Shown here piece after piece: positions 30,265-38,683 of a stretch of DNA of 64,000 nucleotides. Source of the DNA: an uncultured beta proteobacterium (GTDB taxonomy: Bacteria; Pseudomonadota; Gammaproteobacteria; Burkholderiales; Burkholderiaceae_C); contig CAILAY010000159.1 in assembly GCA_903832285.1 (NCBI GenBank), forward strand, positions 13,808 through 77,807. The letters run 5' to 3'. The notes beneath the pieces were generated by a model. It saw nothing but the letters and a program-made list of their open reading frames with translations, made no database searches and was not told the origin of the DNA. The position numbers and the translations under genes were made by a program. Numbering within the stretch: the stretch's first letter is position 1; every line of letters begins with the position of its first letter.

Positions 30265-30283
30265 TTTTTAGAAGGAAAGAAAC

Positions 30284-31147
30284 ATGAGCACACCCTCCAC
30301 GTCCGATGCCAAGCGGCACTATTTTGTTCCGGCCGCCAGTCACTACTCAACGTTCCTGTCGTGGGGCATCTTTCTGCTGGCGGCGGGCTTTGTTTTCCGT
30401 CTGAATGGTGTTCCACCCGGACTGTGGAGCATGTTGCTCGGCGCGGCACTCATCGTCTATGTGATCGTGGGCTGGTTTGGCGAAGTGATTCGTGAAAGCA
30501 TCAGCGGCATCTATACCAAATGGGAGGACCGCTCTTATCGAATTGGCATGCTGTGGTTCATTTTCTCCGAAGTCATGTTCTTCGCATGTTTCTTCGGCTC
30601 CCTGTTCTATCTGCGGCGCATTTCACTGCCGGAGTTGGGCGGTTACGAGGCGGGCTATACGCCGTGGGTTGGCTTTACCGGAGCTTGGCCCAGTAGCGGT
30701 CCCATTGGTGAGAAATTCACGGCCATGAGTCCGTGGGGCCTGCCCTTGTTGAACACCTTCCTGCTGGTCTCCTCGAGCGTGACTGTGACCTGGGCACACT
30801 GGGGGCTATTGAAAAACAAGCGTTCCCAACTGAACCTGGGCCTGGCACTGACCGTTGCACTGGGTTCGCTTTTCATCGGACTTCAGGCCACCGAGTACGT
30901 GCATGCTTATCACGAACTTGGGTTGAACCTGGGTGCGGGAGTCTATGGTGCCACCTTCTTCATTCTCACCGGCTTTCACGGACTGCACGTGACGCTGGGC
31001 AGCATCATGTTGCTGGTGATGCTGGGCCGGGGCCTGAAAGGGCACTTCTCCGAACACAACCACTTCGCCTTTGAGGCTGTGGCCTGGTACTGGCACTTCG
31101 TGGATGTGGTCTGGATCGTCTTGTTCGTCTTCGTCTACATTCTCTAA
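30284..31147 (+). CDS. ctaE: cytochrome c oxidase subunit III
   Basis: 287-aa polytopic protein with COX3 motifs (..GATFFILTGFHGLHVTLG..AVAWYWHFVDVVW). Confidence 0.95.
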   Translation: MSTPSTSDAKRHYFVPAASHYSTFLSWGIFLLAAGFVFRLNGVPPGLWSMLLGAALIVYVIVGWFGEVIRESISGIYTKWEDRSYRIGMLWFIFSEVMFFACFFGSLFYLRRISLPELGGYEAGYTPWVGFTGAWPSSGPIGEKFTAMSPWGLPLLNTFLLVSSSVTVTWAHWGLLKNKRSQLNLGLALTVALGSLFIGLQATEYVHAYHELGLNLGAGVYGATFFILTGFHGLHVTLGSIMLLVMLGRGLKGHFSEHNHFAFEAVAWYWHFVDVVWIVLFVFVYIL

Positions 31148-31174
31148 GCTCTGCAGCCCGGCAACCGGACCGAT

Positions 31175-31387
31175 CTAGTTCAGTCCAGCTGCGGGAATGA
31201 AGCCGAAATACAGTCCTGCCAGAAGCACCATAAGCAGGCCCATCGAGAGCGCAACGCGTACCGTCAATGCCTTGACGACGCTGTCCCGTTTGGACTTGTC
31301 GTCGTTGCGCAGCAGCATGGCCAGCGCGCTGAACAGGCTGATGACGATCAAAGCCAGTAGTGCGAGGATGAGAATCTTTGTCAGCAT
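31175..31387 (-). CDS. twin-TM small membrane protein (DUF2909-like) of cox clusters
   Basis: 70 aa with two TM helices separated by a basic loop (RNDDKSKRD). A strong AGGAGG precedes the ATG on the minus strand. Confidence 0.7.
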   Translation of the reverse strand: MLTKILILALLALIVISLFSALAMLLRNDDKSKRDSVVKALTVRVALSMGLLMVLLAGLYFGFIPAAGLN

Positions 31388-31436
31388 GGTGCCTCCTGGA
31401 AATGTGTTGCATCATTATCCGTTTTGATCCCGGCCC

Positions 31437-32195
31437 ATGCAAGAACTGCGCTTCCGACCCCGACTGATTCCCACCCTGGCCACGGCTTGCCTGATGGGTC
31501 TGTTCGTCTATCTGGGCCTGTGGCAGGCGGGCAAGGGAGAGCGGCTGCTGGCCGAGCGCGAATTGTTTGCAGCACGCGCCCGGTTGGGGTCGCTGCGCGT
31601 CACGGGTTCGCTGGTAGAGCCCGAGGCTTTGCGTGACGCACCAATTGCTGTACGCGGACGCTTCGAGCCGGAAAAGGGTTTCTTCATCGACAACCGGCAG
31701 GAGAATGGCCAGCCGGGCCTGCATGTGGTGACACCGTTGAAGATCGAGGACAGTGAGACCCGGATCCTGGTGAATCGCGGTTGGGTCGGCTGGCCCCACG
31801 GTCGAACAACGCTGCCGCAGGTGCCGGCGCCCGAAGGCGTAGTCGAGGTCAGCGGCATCGCCAGCGTGCCGGTGGTGAAAAATTTCCTGCTGATGCCGAT
31901 GCACGCGGAAGCGCGCACGCAACTCTGGATGCAGATGGATATAAAGCGGTTTTCGCAGCAGGTACCGTACGCGGTGCAACCCGTGGTGCTGCTGCAAAGC
32001 GGCAATGAAGTGCACGACGGACTGATTCGCAACTGGCAGCCGCCGGAAGACCGTGTCCCCATGCACCAAAGCTATTCCCTGCAATGGTTCGGTATGGCCG
32101 CGGCGTTGTTGGTGTTCTACGGCTATGCCAGCGTCAGCGTGAACGAGGGAACTATCATCACTCGGGGCTCCTTGCCGACGAAGCATGAGAATTGA
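31437..32195 (+). CDS. SURF1-family cytochrome oxidase biogenesis protein
   Basis: N-terminal TM helix followed by LGLWQAGKGERL.., ..GLHVVTPL..ILVNRGWV.. and a C-terminal TM helix (YSLQWFGMAAALLVFYG). This is the classic SURF1 pattern. Confidence 0.9.
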   Translation: MQELRFRPRLIPTLATACLMGLFVYLGLWQAGKGERLLAERELFAARARLGSLRVTGSLVEPEALRDAPIAVRGRFEPEKGFFIDNRQENGQPGLHVVTPLKIEDSETRILVNRGWVGWPHGRTTLPQVPAPEGVVEVSGIASVPVVKNFLLMPMHAEARTQLWMQMDIKRFSQQVPYAVQPVVLLQSGNEVHDGLIRNWQPPEDRVPMHQSYSLQWFGMAAALLVFYGYASVSVNEGTIITRGSLPTKHEN

Positions 32196-32232
32196 CAAGG
32201 CCATCAAAACATGATTTCAACAGGCGCAAAAA

Positions 32233-32940
32233 TTGACCAATAGCAGCATCACTCCCGATACGCGGCCTGCGTTGCAGCCAGGTGAAGCACTGGAATTTAT
32301 GGTGCACTCGTTGCCTTCGGCACAGGAAGCTGTGTCAACGGCAGCACCGATAAACGGCCGTTGGAAGATGCTGGCCATCATGCTGGTGTGTTCGATGCCG
32401 GTGATCGCCGCCTACTTTGCGTACTACGTGGTGCGTCCGCAGGGCCGCGCTGGCTTCGGCGAATTGATCGAGCCGGTGCGCGCGGTGCCGGGCAAGGCGG
32501 GGCTCACGCTGGATGGCGCCGCCAGGCCATTGTCTGCACTTCAAGGGCATTGGCTGCTGGCGGCAGTGGCGGGTGGTGCCTGCCCCGACGAATGTCAGCA
32601 GCGCCTGTTGCTGATACGCCAGCTGCGGGCGACGCTGGGTCATGACAAGGAGCGTGTGGACTGGGTTTGGTTGGTCAGCGATCAAGCTCCGGTGGACCCG
32701 GGATTGCTCAAGGGACTGCAGGATGCGGTGGTGCTGCGTATCGACCCGCCGACCCTGCAGCAGTGGTTTGTAGCGCCGCCAGGCCACACCCTGAACCAAT
32801 ACCTGTTCGTCGTCGATCCACTGGGCAATGCGATGCTGCGTTTTCCCGGGCAATTCGATGCGGCTGGTGCTAGCAAGGTGCGTCGTGATCTGGAACCCCT
32901 GTTGCGCGCATCGGCCACCTGGGATCAACAAAGCCGCTGA
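32233..32940 (+). CDS. membrane-anchored SCO-like thioredoxin-fold protein (divergent)
   Basis: One TM helix (MLAIMLVCSMPVIAAYFAYYVV). It has a CPDEC motif with the same C-x3-C spacing as the CPDVC of the bona fide SCO1 at 34965. A downstream His context (GHTLNQYLFVVDPLGN) parallels the SCO1 segment DHSAGSYVFDPEG. Start is uncertain (TTG 32233 or ATG 32299). Confidence 0.5.
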   Translation: MTNSSITPDTRPALQPGEALEFMVHSLPSAQEAVSTAAPINGRWKMLAIMLVCSMPVIAAYFAYYVVRPQGRAGFGELIEPVRAVPGKAGLTLDGAARPLSALQGHWLLAAVAGGACPDECQQRLLLIRQLRATLGHDKERVDWVWLVSDQAPVDPGLLKGLQDAVVLRIDPPTLQQWFVAPPGHTLNQYLFVVDPLGNAMLRFPGQFDAAGASKVRRDLEPLLRASATWDQQSR

Positions 32941-34079
32941 TGCCAGTCACCATGCAAGCGCAAGCCCTGTATGACCTGTCACCTCTTTGGCGCGTGCTCC
33001 TGGTGGGCGCGGCGGTGGCGTTGTTGCCGCTGCTCTGGGTGTTCAGGCGCAACCGCACGTCGACCCGTCGCCTGCAGGCGTTGACGGTGCTGACGTTGTT
33101 CCTGAGTTTCGACCTGGTGTTGTTTGGCGCGTTTACCCGTTTGACCGACTCCGGTCTGGGTTGCCCGGATTGGCCTGGCTGTTATGGCCAGAGTTCGCCG
33201 CTGGAAGCACACAGCCAGATCGCGAGTGCGCAATCAGCCATGCCCACGGGCCCGGTGACGCATGGCAAAGCCTGGATTGAAATGCTGCATCGCTATTTGG
33301 CAACGGCGGTGGGCGGGCTCATTCTCGCGCTTACCCTGTGGCATTGGCGGCGCCGAAGCCAAGCGCCGAATGCCATTGAAAGCATCAGTCCCTGGTGGCC
33401 CCTGGGGACACTTGTCTGGGTCTGCGTGCAGGGTGCGTTTGGCGCCCTGACCGTGACCATGAAACTGTTTCCTGCAATCGTTACTTTGCACCTGCTCGGG
33501 GGTCTGCTGTTGCTGGCCCTGCTGACAGTACAGGCGACGAGCCTATCGCAGAACCATGAAGGGCGGCGGCCTCCGGAGGTGACGGGCGCAGAGCGCGGCT
33601 GGGTCTGGAGCGTGTTGATCCTGGTGTCGTTGCAGTCTGCGCTGGGTGCCTGGGTCAGCACCAATTACGCGGTGCTGGCCTGCGCTGAATTCCCCAAGTG
33701 TCAGGGCGCCTGGTGGCCGCTGATGGACTTTTCCTCCGGCTTCACTTTGTGGCGCGAACTGGGCATGACGGCAGATGGCAAGTTTCTCGGATTCGAAGCA
33801 TTGACCGCCATCCATGTCGTGCACCGACTATTTGCCTTGGCGGTGTTCGTTGCATTGGTCGGTTTGGGTTGGAGGCTGTGGCGAAGCGTCGCCCTGCATG
33901 CGCAGTCGCGCTGGCTGCTGGCCCTGGCCGCGGCACAGTTCGCCACCGGTTTGAGCAACGTGGTGCTGGGCTGGCCTTTGGCGTCCGCAGTGCTGCACAC
34001 CGGCGGCGCGGCAGCTCTGGTGGTGGTGCTGGTATGGACTCTGAACATGTGCGGCAGCTCGCAGCAGGGACGGGCATGA
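32940..34079 (+). CDS. ctaA: heme A synthase CtaA/COX15
   Basis: Polytopic protein with ..[19 protein letters not shown].. and conserved His-containing helices (MLHRYLA.., TLHLLGG.., HVVHRLFA.., VLHTGGAA). The start overlaps the upstream stop (TGATG). Confidence 0.9.
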   Translation: MPVTMQAQALYDLSPLWRVLLVGAAVALLPLLWVFRRNRTSTRRLQALTVLTLFLSFDLVLFGAFTRLTDSGLGCPDWPGCYGQSSPLEAHSQIASAQSAMPTGPVTHGKAWIEMLHRYLATAVGGLILALTLWHWRRRSQAPNAIESISPWWPLGTLVWVCVQGAFGALTVTMKLFPAIVTLHLLGGLLLLALLTVQATSLSQNHEGRRPPEVTGAERGWVWSVLILVSLQSALGAWVSTNYAVLACAEFPKCQGAWWPLMDFSSGFTLWRELGMTADGKFLGFEALTAIHVVHRLFALAVFVALVGLGWRLWRSVALHAQSRWLLALAAAQFATGLSNVVLGWPLASAVLHTGGAAALVVVLVWTLNMCGSSQQGRA

Positions 34080-34957
34080 GGCACAGCGTCATGATCTTCA
34101 AACAGTACTACGCGCTGGCCAAGCCGCGCGTCATTCAACTGATCGTTTTCTGCGCCATGATCGGCATGGTGCTGGCGGTGCCGGGTGTCCCCAGTGGTGC
34201 CCAGATATGGCAGGCGGCGATGGCGTGTCTGGGCATCTGGCTCGTGGCCGGTGCCGCGGCCGCTTTCAATTGCCTGGTGGAAAAAGGTATCGACGCAAAG
34301 ATGCGTCGCACGGCCTGGCGCCCCACCGCCAGGGGCGAACTCAGCGACTGGCAGGCACTGAGCTTTTCGCTCGTGTTGTGTGCGGCCGGTTCCGTGCTGC
34401 TCTATGTTTGTGTGAACCCGCTCACCATGTGGCTGACATTCGCCACCTTTGTGGGTTACGCCGTCGTCTACACCGTCATCCTCAAGCCCCTGACTCCGCA
34501 GAACATCGTGATCGGTGGTGCCTCGGGCGCCATGCCGCCGCTGCTGGGTTGGGCTGCGATGACGGGTGGCGTCGGGCCCGAGGCGATGATCCTGTTTCTC
34601 ATTATTTTCCTCTGGACGCCGCCGCATTTTTGGGCACTGGCACTGTACCGCGTTGAAGACTACCGAAAGTCCGGCCTGCCCATGCTGCCCGTGACGCATG
34701 GCAACGAATTCACACGGCTCCAGGTTTTCCTGTACACGCTGTTGCTGTTTGCCGCCTGCCTCATGCCTTTTGTTTACGGTATGAGTTCGTGGCTGTATTT
34801 GCTGGTTGCCGCAGTCCTGAGTTTGGGCTTTTGCGCCCATGCGTTCTGGCTGTGGCAGGAATACTCCGACGCATTGGCGCGGCGCACATTTCGGTTTTCA
34901 CTGATCCACTTGAGTGTGCTCTTTGCCGCGCTGCTGCTGGATCACTATCTTCTCTGA
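34076..34957 (+). CDS. ctaB: protoheme IX farnesyltransferase (heme O synthase)
   Basis: UbiA prenyltransferase family (..[32 protein letters not shown]..). ATGA overlap with ctaA. The ORF track extends spuriously to 33698. Confidence 0.93.
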   Translation: MRHSVMIFKQYYALAKPRVIQLIVFCAMIGMVLAVPGVPSGAQIWQAAMACLGIWLVAGAAAAFNCLVEKGIDAKMRRTAWRPTARGELSDWQALSFSLVLCAAGSVLLYVCVNPLTMWLTFATFVGYAVVYTVILKPLTPQNIVIGGASGAMPPLLGWAAMTGGVGPEAMILFLIIFLWTPPHFWALALYRVEDYRKSGLPMLPVTHGNEFTRLQVFLYTLLLFAACLMPFVYGMSSWLYLLVAAVLSLGFCAHAFWLWQEYSDALARRTFRFSLIHLSVLFAALLLDHYLL

Positions 34958-34964
34958 GGACATC

Positions 34965-35576
34965 ATGAAATTGCTTTTCACTTTGAGATCGGTTGCGCGC
35001 CGGGCAATCTTGGCGCTGGCAGCGAGCTCGCTTTTTGCGCTGCCCGGCTGCTCCGGGGACAAGCCCAAGTTCAATGCCATCGATGTCACCGGCGCCGACT
35101 ACGCACGCGATTTCCAGCTTACCGATCACAACGGACAGCCGCGCAGCCTGAAGGACTTCAAGGGCAAGGTCGTGGTCATGTTTTTTGGCTACACGCAATG
35201 CCCGGACGTGTGCCCCGCATCCATGGTGGAATTGGCCGAAGTGAAGAAATTGCTGGGGCCGCAAGGCGACCGGCTGCAAGGCCTGTTCGTCACCCTCGAT
35301 CCGGAGCGCGACAAGCCCGAAATGCTCAAGGCCTACATGGCGAACTTTGATCCAGCTTTTCTGGCCTTGTACACCTCCGTGGACAAGTTGCCAGAGGTGG
35401 CCAAGGAGTTCAAGATCTACTACAAGAAAGTGGATGGACCCACGGCTACGAGTTACACCCTGGACCATTCAGCAGGCAGTTACGTTTTTGATCCTGAAGG
35501 GCGCGTGCGGTTGTTCGTACGCTACGGCAGCGGGGCCACTTCGGTCGCCGCTGACATCAAGCAGTTGTTGAAGTAG
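34965..35576 (+). CDS. SCO1/SenC copper chaperone
   Basis: Lipoprotein-like signal (LFALPGC), the CPDVCP motif and a conserved His (LDHSAGSYVFDPEG). GAGGA precedes ATG 34965. Confidence 0.92.
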   Translation: MKLLFTLRSVARRAILALAASSLFALPGCSGDKPKFNAIDVTGADYARDFQLTDHNGQPRSLKDFKGKVVVMFFGYTQCPDVCPASMVELAEVKKLLGPQGDRLQGLFVTLDPERDKPEMLKAYMANFDPAFLALYTSVDKLPEVAKEFKIYYKKVDGPTATSYTLDHSAGSYVFDPEGRVRLFVRYGSGATSVAADIKQLLK

Positions 35577-35594
35577 CGCGGGTAAAAGCGCTAC
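35573..35594. terminator. hairpin between convergent SCO1 and rpoH (possible bidirectional terminator)
   Basis: GTAGCGC (35573-35579) and GCGCTAC (35588-35594) form a 7-bp stem with an 8-nt loop. The stem overlaps the SCO1 stop codon. There is no clear U-tract. Confidence 0.3.
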
Positions 35595-35621
35595 GCGCAA
35601 TTTGGCCGCCGCGCAGTCAAC

Positions 35622-36563
35622 TCAAGCGTATTCAGCCAGCACCTTTTTCATCTTCTTCATGGCGGCGACTTCAATCTGGCGGATGCGTTCAGCGCTTACG
35701 CCGTAGACTGCCGCCAGTTCGTGCAGCGTCATCCCGCCCGAGCCGTTGTCGTTCACCTTGAGCCAGCGCTCCTGAACGATGGTGCGGCTTCGATCATCCA
35801 GTTCATTCAAGGCCATGGCAATGCCGTCGCTGGCAAGCAGGTCGCGCTGGTGCGACTCGATCACCGCGGTGGGTTCGTGCCTTGCGTCGGCGAGATAGGC
35901 GATTGGGCCGAAGCCCTCCTCGCCATCCTCGTTGGGTCCGGGGTCAAGCATGACGTCGCCGCCGGACAATCGCGTCTCCATCTCGATCACATCCTCGCGT
36001 TTTACCTTGAGATCGCGCGCCATGGACTCGATCTCGGATTCGTTCAGGGTGTCGCGGTGGGTCGCCTCATTTCCAGCCGCAGCGTCGGCTTTGAAGCTCT
36101 GCTTCATGGAGCGCAGGTTGAAGAACAGCTTGCGTTGGGATTTGGTCGTGGCCACTTTGACCATGCGCCAGTTCTTCAGGATGTATTCGTGGATCTCGGC
36201 CTTTATCCAGTGCAGCGCATAGCTCACCAGTCGCACACCGTGGTCCGGGTCGAAGCGGCGAACCGCCTTCATCAGGCCCACGTTGCCCTCCTGAATCAGA
36301 TCGCCATGAGGCAGACCGTAGCCGAGGTATTGGCGGGCTACCGATACCACCAGACGCAAATGGGATAGCACCAGTTTCCCGGCAGCCTCCACATCGTTGT
36401 CGGCCCGCATCTTGCGCGCAAACTCCTGTTCCTGCTCCAGCGTCAGCATGGGCAGGCGGTTCACAGCCGAGATGTAGGCATCCAGGTTGCCAAGCGGCGG
36501 CACCAAGGCCCAAGGGTTGACCAAGGCAAGCGCGGAAGTTGATGTGCCAGAGAGGGCTGTCAT
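35622..36563 (-). CDS. rpoH: RNA polymerase sigma-32 factor RpoH
   Basis: Sigma-70 family regions 2-4 with the RpoH-box-like segment (QRKLFFNLRSMK) and region 2.4/4.2 motifs. Confidence 0.94.
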   Translation of the reverse strand: MTALSGTSTSALALVNPWALVPPLGNLDAYISAVNRLPMLTLEQEQEFARKMRADNDVEAAGKLVLSHLRLVVSVARQYLGYGLPHGDLIQEGNVGLMKAVRRFDPDHGVRLVSYALHWIKAEIHEYILKNWRMVKVATTKSQRKLFFNLRSMKQSFKADAAAGNEATHRDTLNESEIESMARDLKVKREDVIEMETRLSGGDVMLDPGPNEDGEEGFGPIAYLADARHEPTAVIESHQRDLLASDGIAMALNELDDRSRTIVQERWLKVNDNGSGGMTLHELAAVYGVSAERIRQIEVAAMKKMKKVLAEYA

Positions 36564-36602
36564 GCCAGAACTCCTAAGTTTGGGTACATGGTCGCTATAT
36601 TA

Positions 36603-36623
36603 GCACTCTATCGAATAGAGTGC
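36603..36623. promoter_or_regulatory. 9-bp inverted repeat in the rpoH upstream/leader region
   Basis: GCACTCTAT-cga-ATAGAGTGC, located 40-60 nt upstream of the rpoH ATG (complement 36561-36563). Read directly. Function unknown. Confidence 0.4.
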
Positions 36624-36774
36624 CAAAGGCGGCCAAAATCCGGCGGTTTCATCTGCCGGCGCAGGTTCAGAAACTCACTCACAGTAATTGATTGGTATCA
36701 ATTTTAAATATGCTGCGCAAAGACAAAGTAATGTGTAGAATCAGCCCTACTCCCATAACTACGAAAGTATTACC

Positions 36775-37332
36775 ATGCTGAAATATCTTTCCTCCGGAGA
36801 GCAATCCCGCTTCTCCGAGCTGCAGGGCAAATTGGCCCAGTTCCTGATTACTGATGCGGAACAAAAGGAACTGTCGGCGCTGGTCAGCAAGGCCCAGAAT
36901 ACCGCGGCTGAGAGAATCAGGGCGATTGAATCCGTCCGACAATTGATCACCGAAAATGCAATAGATATTCAGTCGATATTCTCTGCGGAAATCATCCGAC
37001 GCGCTGCAGCCGATGTTTCGGGTCCCCGTGCCGGCGGTGGGAAGAACCGCAACCAGCCAAAAACAACCAAACCGGTCAGCCGCACTGAGCAAGTGCTAAT
37101 CCAGGTCAAGCTGGACAAAAGTGCTGGCGCTCCCAGCCGCTACAAAAAGGGCCAAAAATTGGGTAAATTCGTGTCGCGCAATTTCAAGCAATTGGATGCG
37201 GGTGGGCAGTTGGTGGAAAACCTGTTGAAATATGCGACACCCTTGGGCAAGACCTATTTTTCCACGCCCGAAGGCAAAGCTGAGCTGGACGCCTTCGCAC
37301 AATTTGTGCGCAAGACTCCGGTGAATTCATGA
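36775..37332 (+). CDS. hypothetical protein with H-NS-like N-terminal coiled coil and a basic linker
   Basis: 185 aa in a locally AT-rich patch. The N-terminal segment (AERIRAIESVRQLITENAIDIQSIF) resembles the oligomerisation helix of betaproteobacterial H-NS-type proteins. It is followed by a Gly/Lys/Arg linker (GPRAGGGKNRNQPKTTKP). The C-terminal part lacks the TWxGRGR motif. Function is inferred only. Confidence 0.3.
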   Translation: MLKYLSSGEQSRFSELQGKLAQFLITDAEQKELSALVSKAQNTAAERIRAIESVRQLITENAIDIQSIFSAEIIRRAAADVSGPRAGGGKNRNQPKTTKPVSRTEQVLIQVKLDKSAGAPSRYKKGQKLGKFVSRNFKQLDAGGQLVENLLKYATPLGKTYFSTPEGKAELDAFAQFVRKTPVNS

Positions 37333-37432
37333 ACCTGTATTAGCCGACGAATAACAGCAGCATGGTCGACGACTTGAGCGGGGCGCCATCAGTGCGTCGC
37401 GCTTCTGCACAGTCTCGCAGAATGCCCAAGAG

Positions 37433-38509
37433 ATGACCTCTTCTGCCACGACCCCTATGGGGCAACCGCGCCTGACCTCGCTCTCGCACGGTGGCGGTTG
37501 CGGCTGCAAGATTGCGCCGGGCGTGTTGTCCGAGATCCTGCGCGGCAGCAGCGCCATGCTGATGCCGCCTGAACTGCTGGTGGGCATCGAGACTTCGGAC
37601 GACGCCGCGGTCTACAAGCTCAACGAAGAGCAGGCACTGATCGCCACCACCGACTTCTTCATGCCCATCGTCGATGACCCGTTTGATTTCGGTCGCATCG
37701 CCGCCACCAACGCCATCTCCGACGTCTACGCCATGGGTGGCACACCCATCATGGCGTTGGCCCTGGTGGGCATGCCTATCAGCGTGCTGTCCATCGAGAC
37801 CATCGGCAAGATCCTGGACGGTGGCCAGTCCGTGTGTCGCGCCGCGGGGATTCCGATTGCGGGCGGTCACACCATCGATTCGGTTGAACCCATCTACGGC
37901 CTGGTGGCGCTGGGTCTGGTGCATCCGAAGCGCGTTAAGCGCAATGCCGATGCAAAGGTCGGCGACCGCGTCATTCTGGGCAAACCACTGGGCGTTGGAA
38001 TCCTGTCGGCGGCGCTAAAGAAAGAAAAGTTGAGCGCTGATGGCTATGCACTGATGATTGCCGTCACGACCCAACTCAACACTCCCGGCCCAGATCTGGC
38101 CGCGCTTGACGGCGTGCACGCGCTCACCGACGTCACCGGTTTTGGACTGGCCGGTCACACGCTCGAACTGGCACGCGGCGCGCACTGCGCCGTGCACATT
38201 GACTGGGCACGGGTGCCGTTGATCGCCGGTGTGCGTGACCTGGCGGCGCAGGGCTTGGTAACGGGTGCCTCGGGTCGAAACTGGGGCGCCTATGGCGCTG
38301 ATGTGCACATGTCCCAGAGTCTGGACGCGACCGATCAGGCGCTGCTGAGCGACCCGCAGACCAGCGGCGGGCTGCTCGTAAGCTGCGCGCCCGAAGCGGT
38401 GCCCGAGGTGCTGGCGACTTTTGCCCGGCATGGTTTTGCGTCTGCCGCAGAGATCGGGACAGTGCGGGCGCTGCACGGCGCACAGCGTCCGAGCCTGACG
38501 GTGGAATAG
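37433..38509 (+). CDS. selD: selenide, water dikinase (selenophosphate synthetase), Cys-type
   Basis: N-terminal SHGGGCGCKIAPG motif (TGC Cys codon, not TGA) and a PurM-like fold (..TTDFFMPIVDDPFDFGRIAATNAISDVYAMGG..). Confidence 0.93.
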   Translation: MTSSATTPMGQPRLTSLSHGGGCGCKIAPGVLSEILRGSSAMLMPPELLVGIETSDDAAVYKLNEEQALIATTDFFMPIVDDPFDFGRIAATNAISDVYAMGGTPIMALALVGMPISVLSIETIGKILDGGQSVCRAAGIPIAGGHTIDSVEPIYGLVALGLVHPKRVKRNADAKVGDRVILGKPLGVGILSAALKKEKLSADGYALMIAVTTQLNTPGPDLAALDGVHALTDVTGFGLAGHTLELARGAHCAVHIDWARVPLIAGVRDLAAQGLVTGASGRNWGAYGADVHMSQSLDATDQALLSDPQTSGGLLVSCAPEAVPEVLATFARHGFASAAEIGTVRALHGAQRPSLTVE

Positions 38510-38518
38510 CTTCGTTGC

Positions 38519-38546
38519 GCTGTGGTGTGGCGGCAACCACCACAGC
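38519..38546 (+). terminator. hairpin just after selD
   Basis: GCTGTGGTG (38519-38527) and CACCACAGC (38538-38546) form a 9-bp stem with a 10-nt loop, starting 10 nt after the selD stop. The nearest T-run (38573-38577) is too far away to be a canonical U-tract. Confidence 0.4.
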
Positions 38547-38592
38547 CAAAAGAATTCGAAAATTTTTGTCATCAATGCGGAAATCAGTTATA

Positions 38593-38628
38593 TTTCGCCA
38601 AAATGTAAACCTTTACATTTTGGCGAAA
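38593..38628. promoter_or_regulatory. 36-bp perfect palindrome, candidate LacI-family operator
   Basis: TTTCGCCAAAATGTAAA-cc-TTTACATTTTGGCGAAA, with 17-bp perfect arms, 56 nt upstream of the LacI-family gene start. The core TGTAAAC/GTTTACA is typical of LacI/GalR-type operators. Confidence 0.6.
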
Positions 38629-38683
38629 CAGGGCTCTTTGGCCCTCCACGAACTGCCCCATTGGGTGCTGCGAGACACGAAAA

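Noticed and set aside
38593-38628. Reading the 36-bp palindrome as the selD intrinsic terminator.
   Set aside because: The arms are AT-rich with only a 2-nt centre and no U-tract. A better GC-rich hairpin sits directly after selD at 38519-38546. The TGTAAAC core and its recurrence at 57325-57335 favour an operator.
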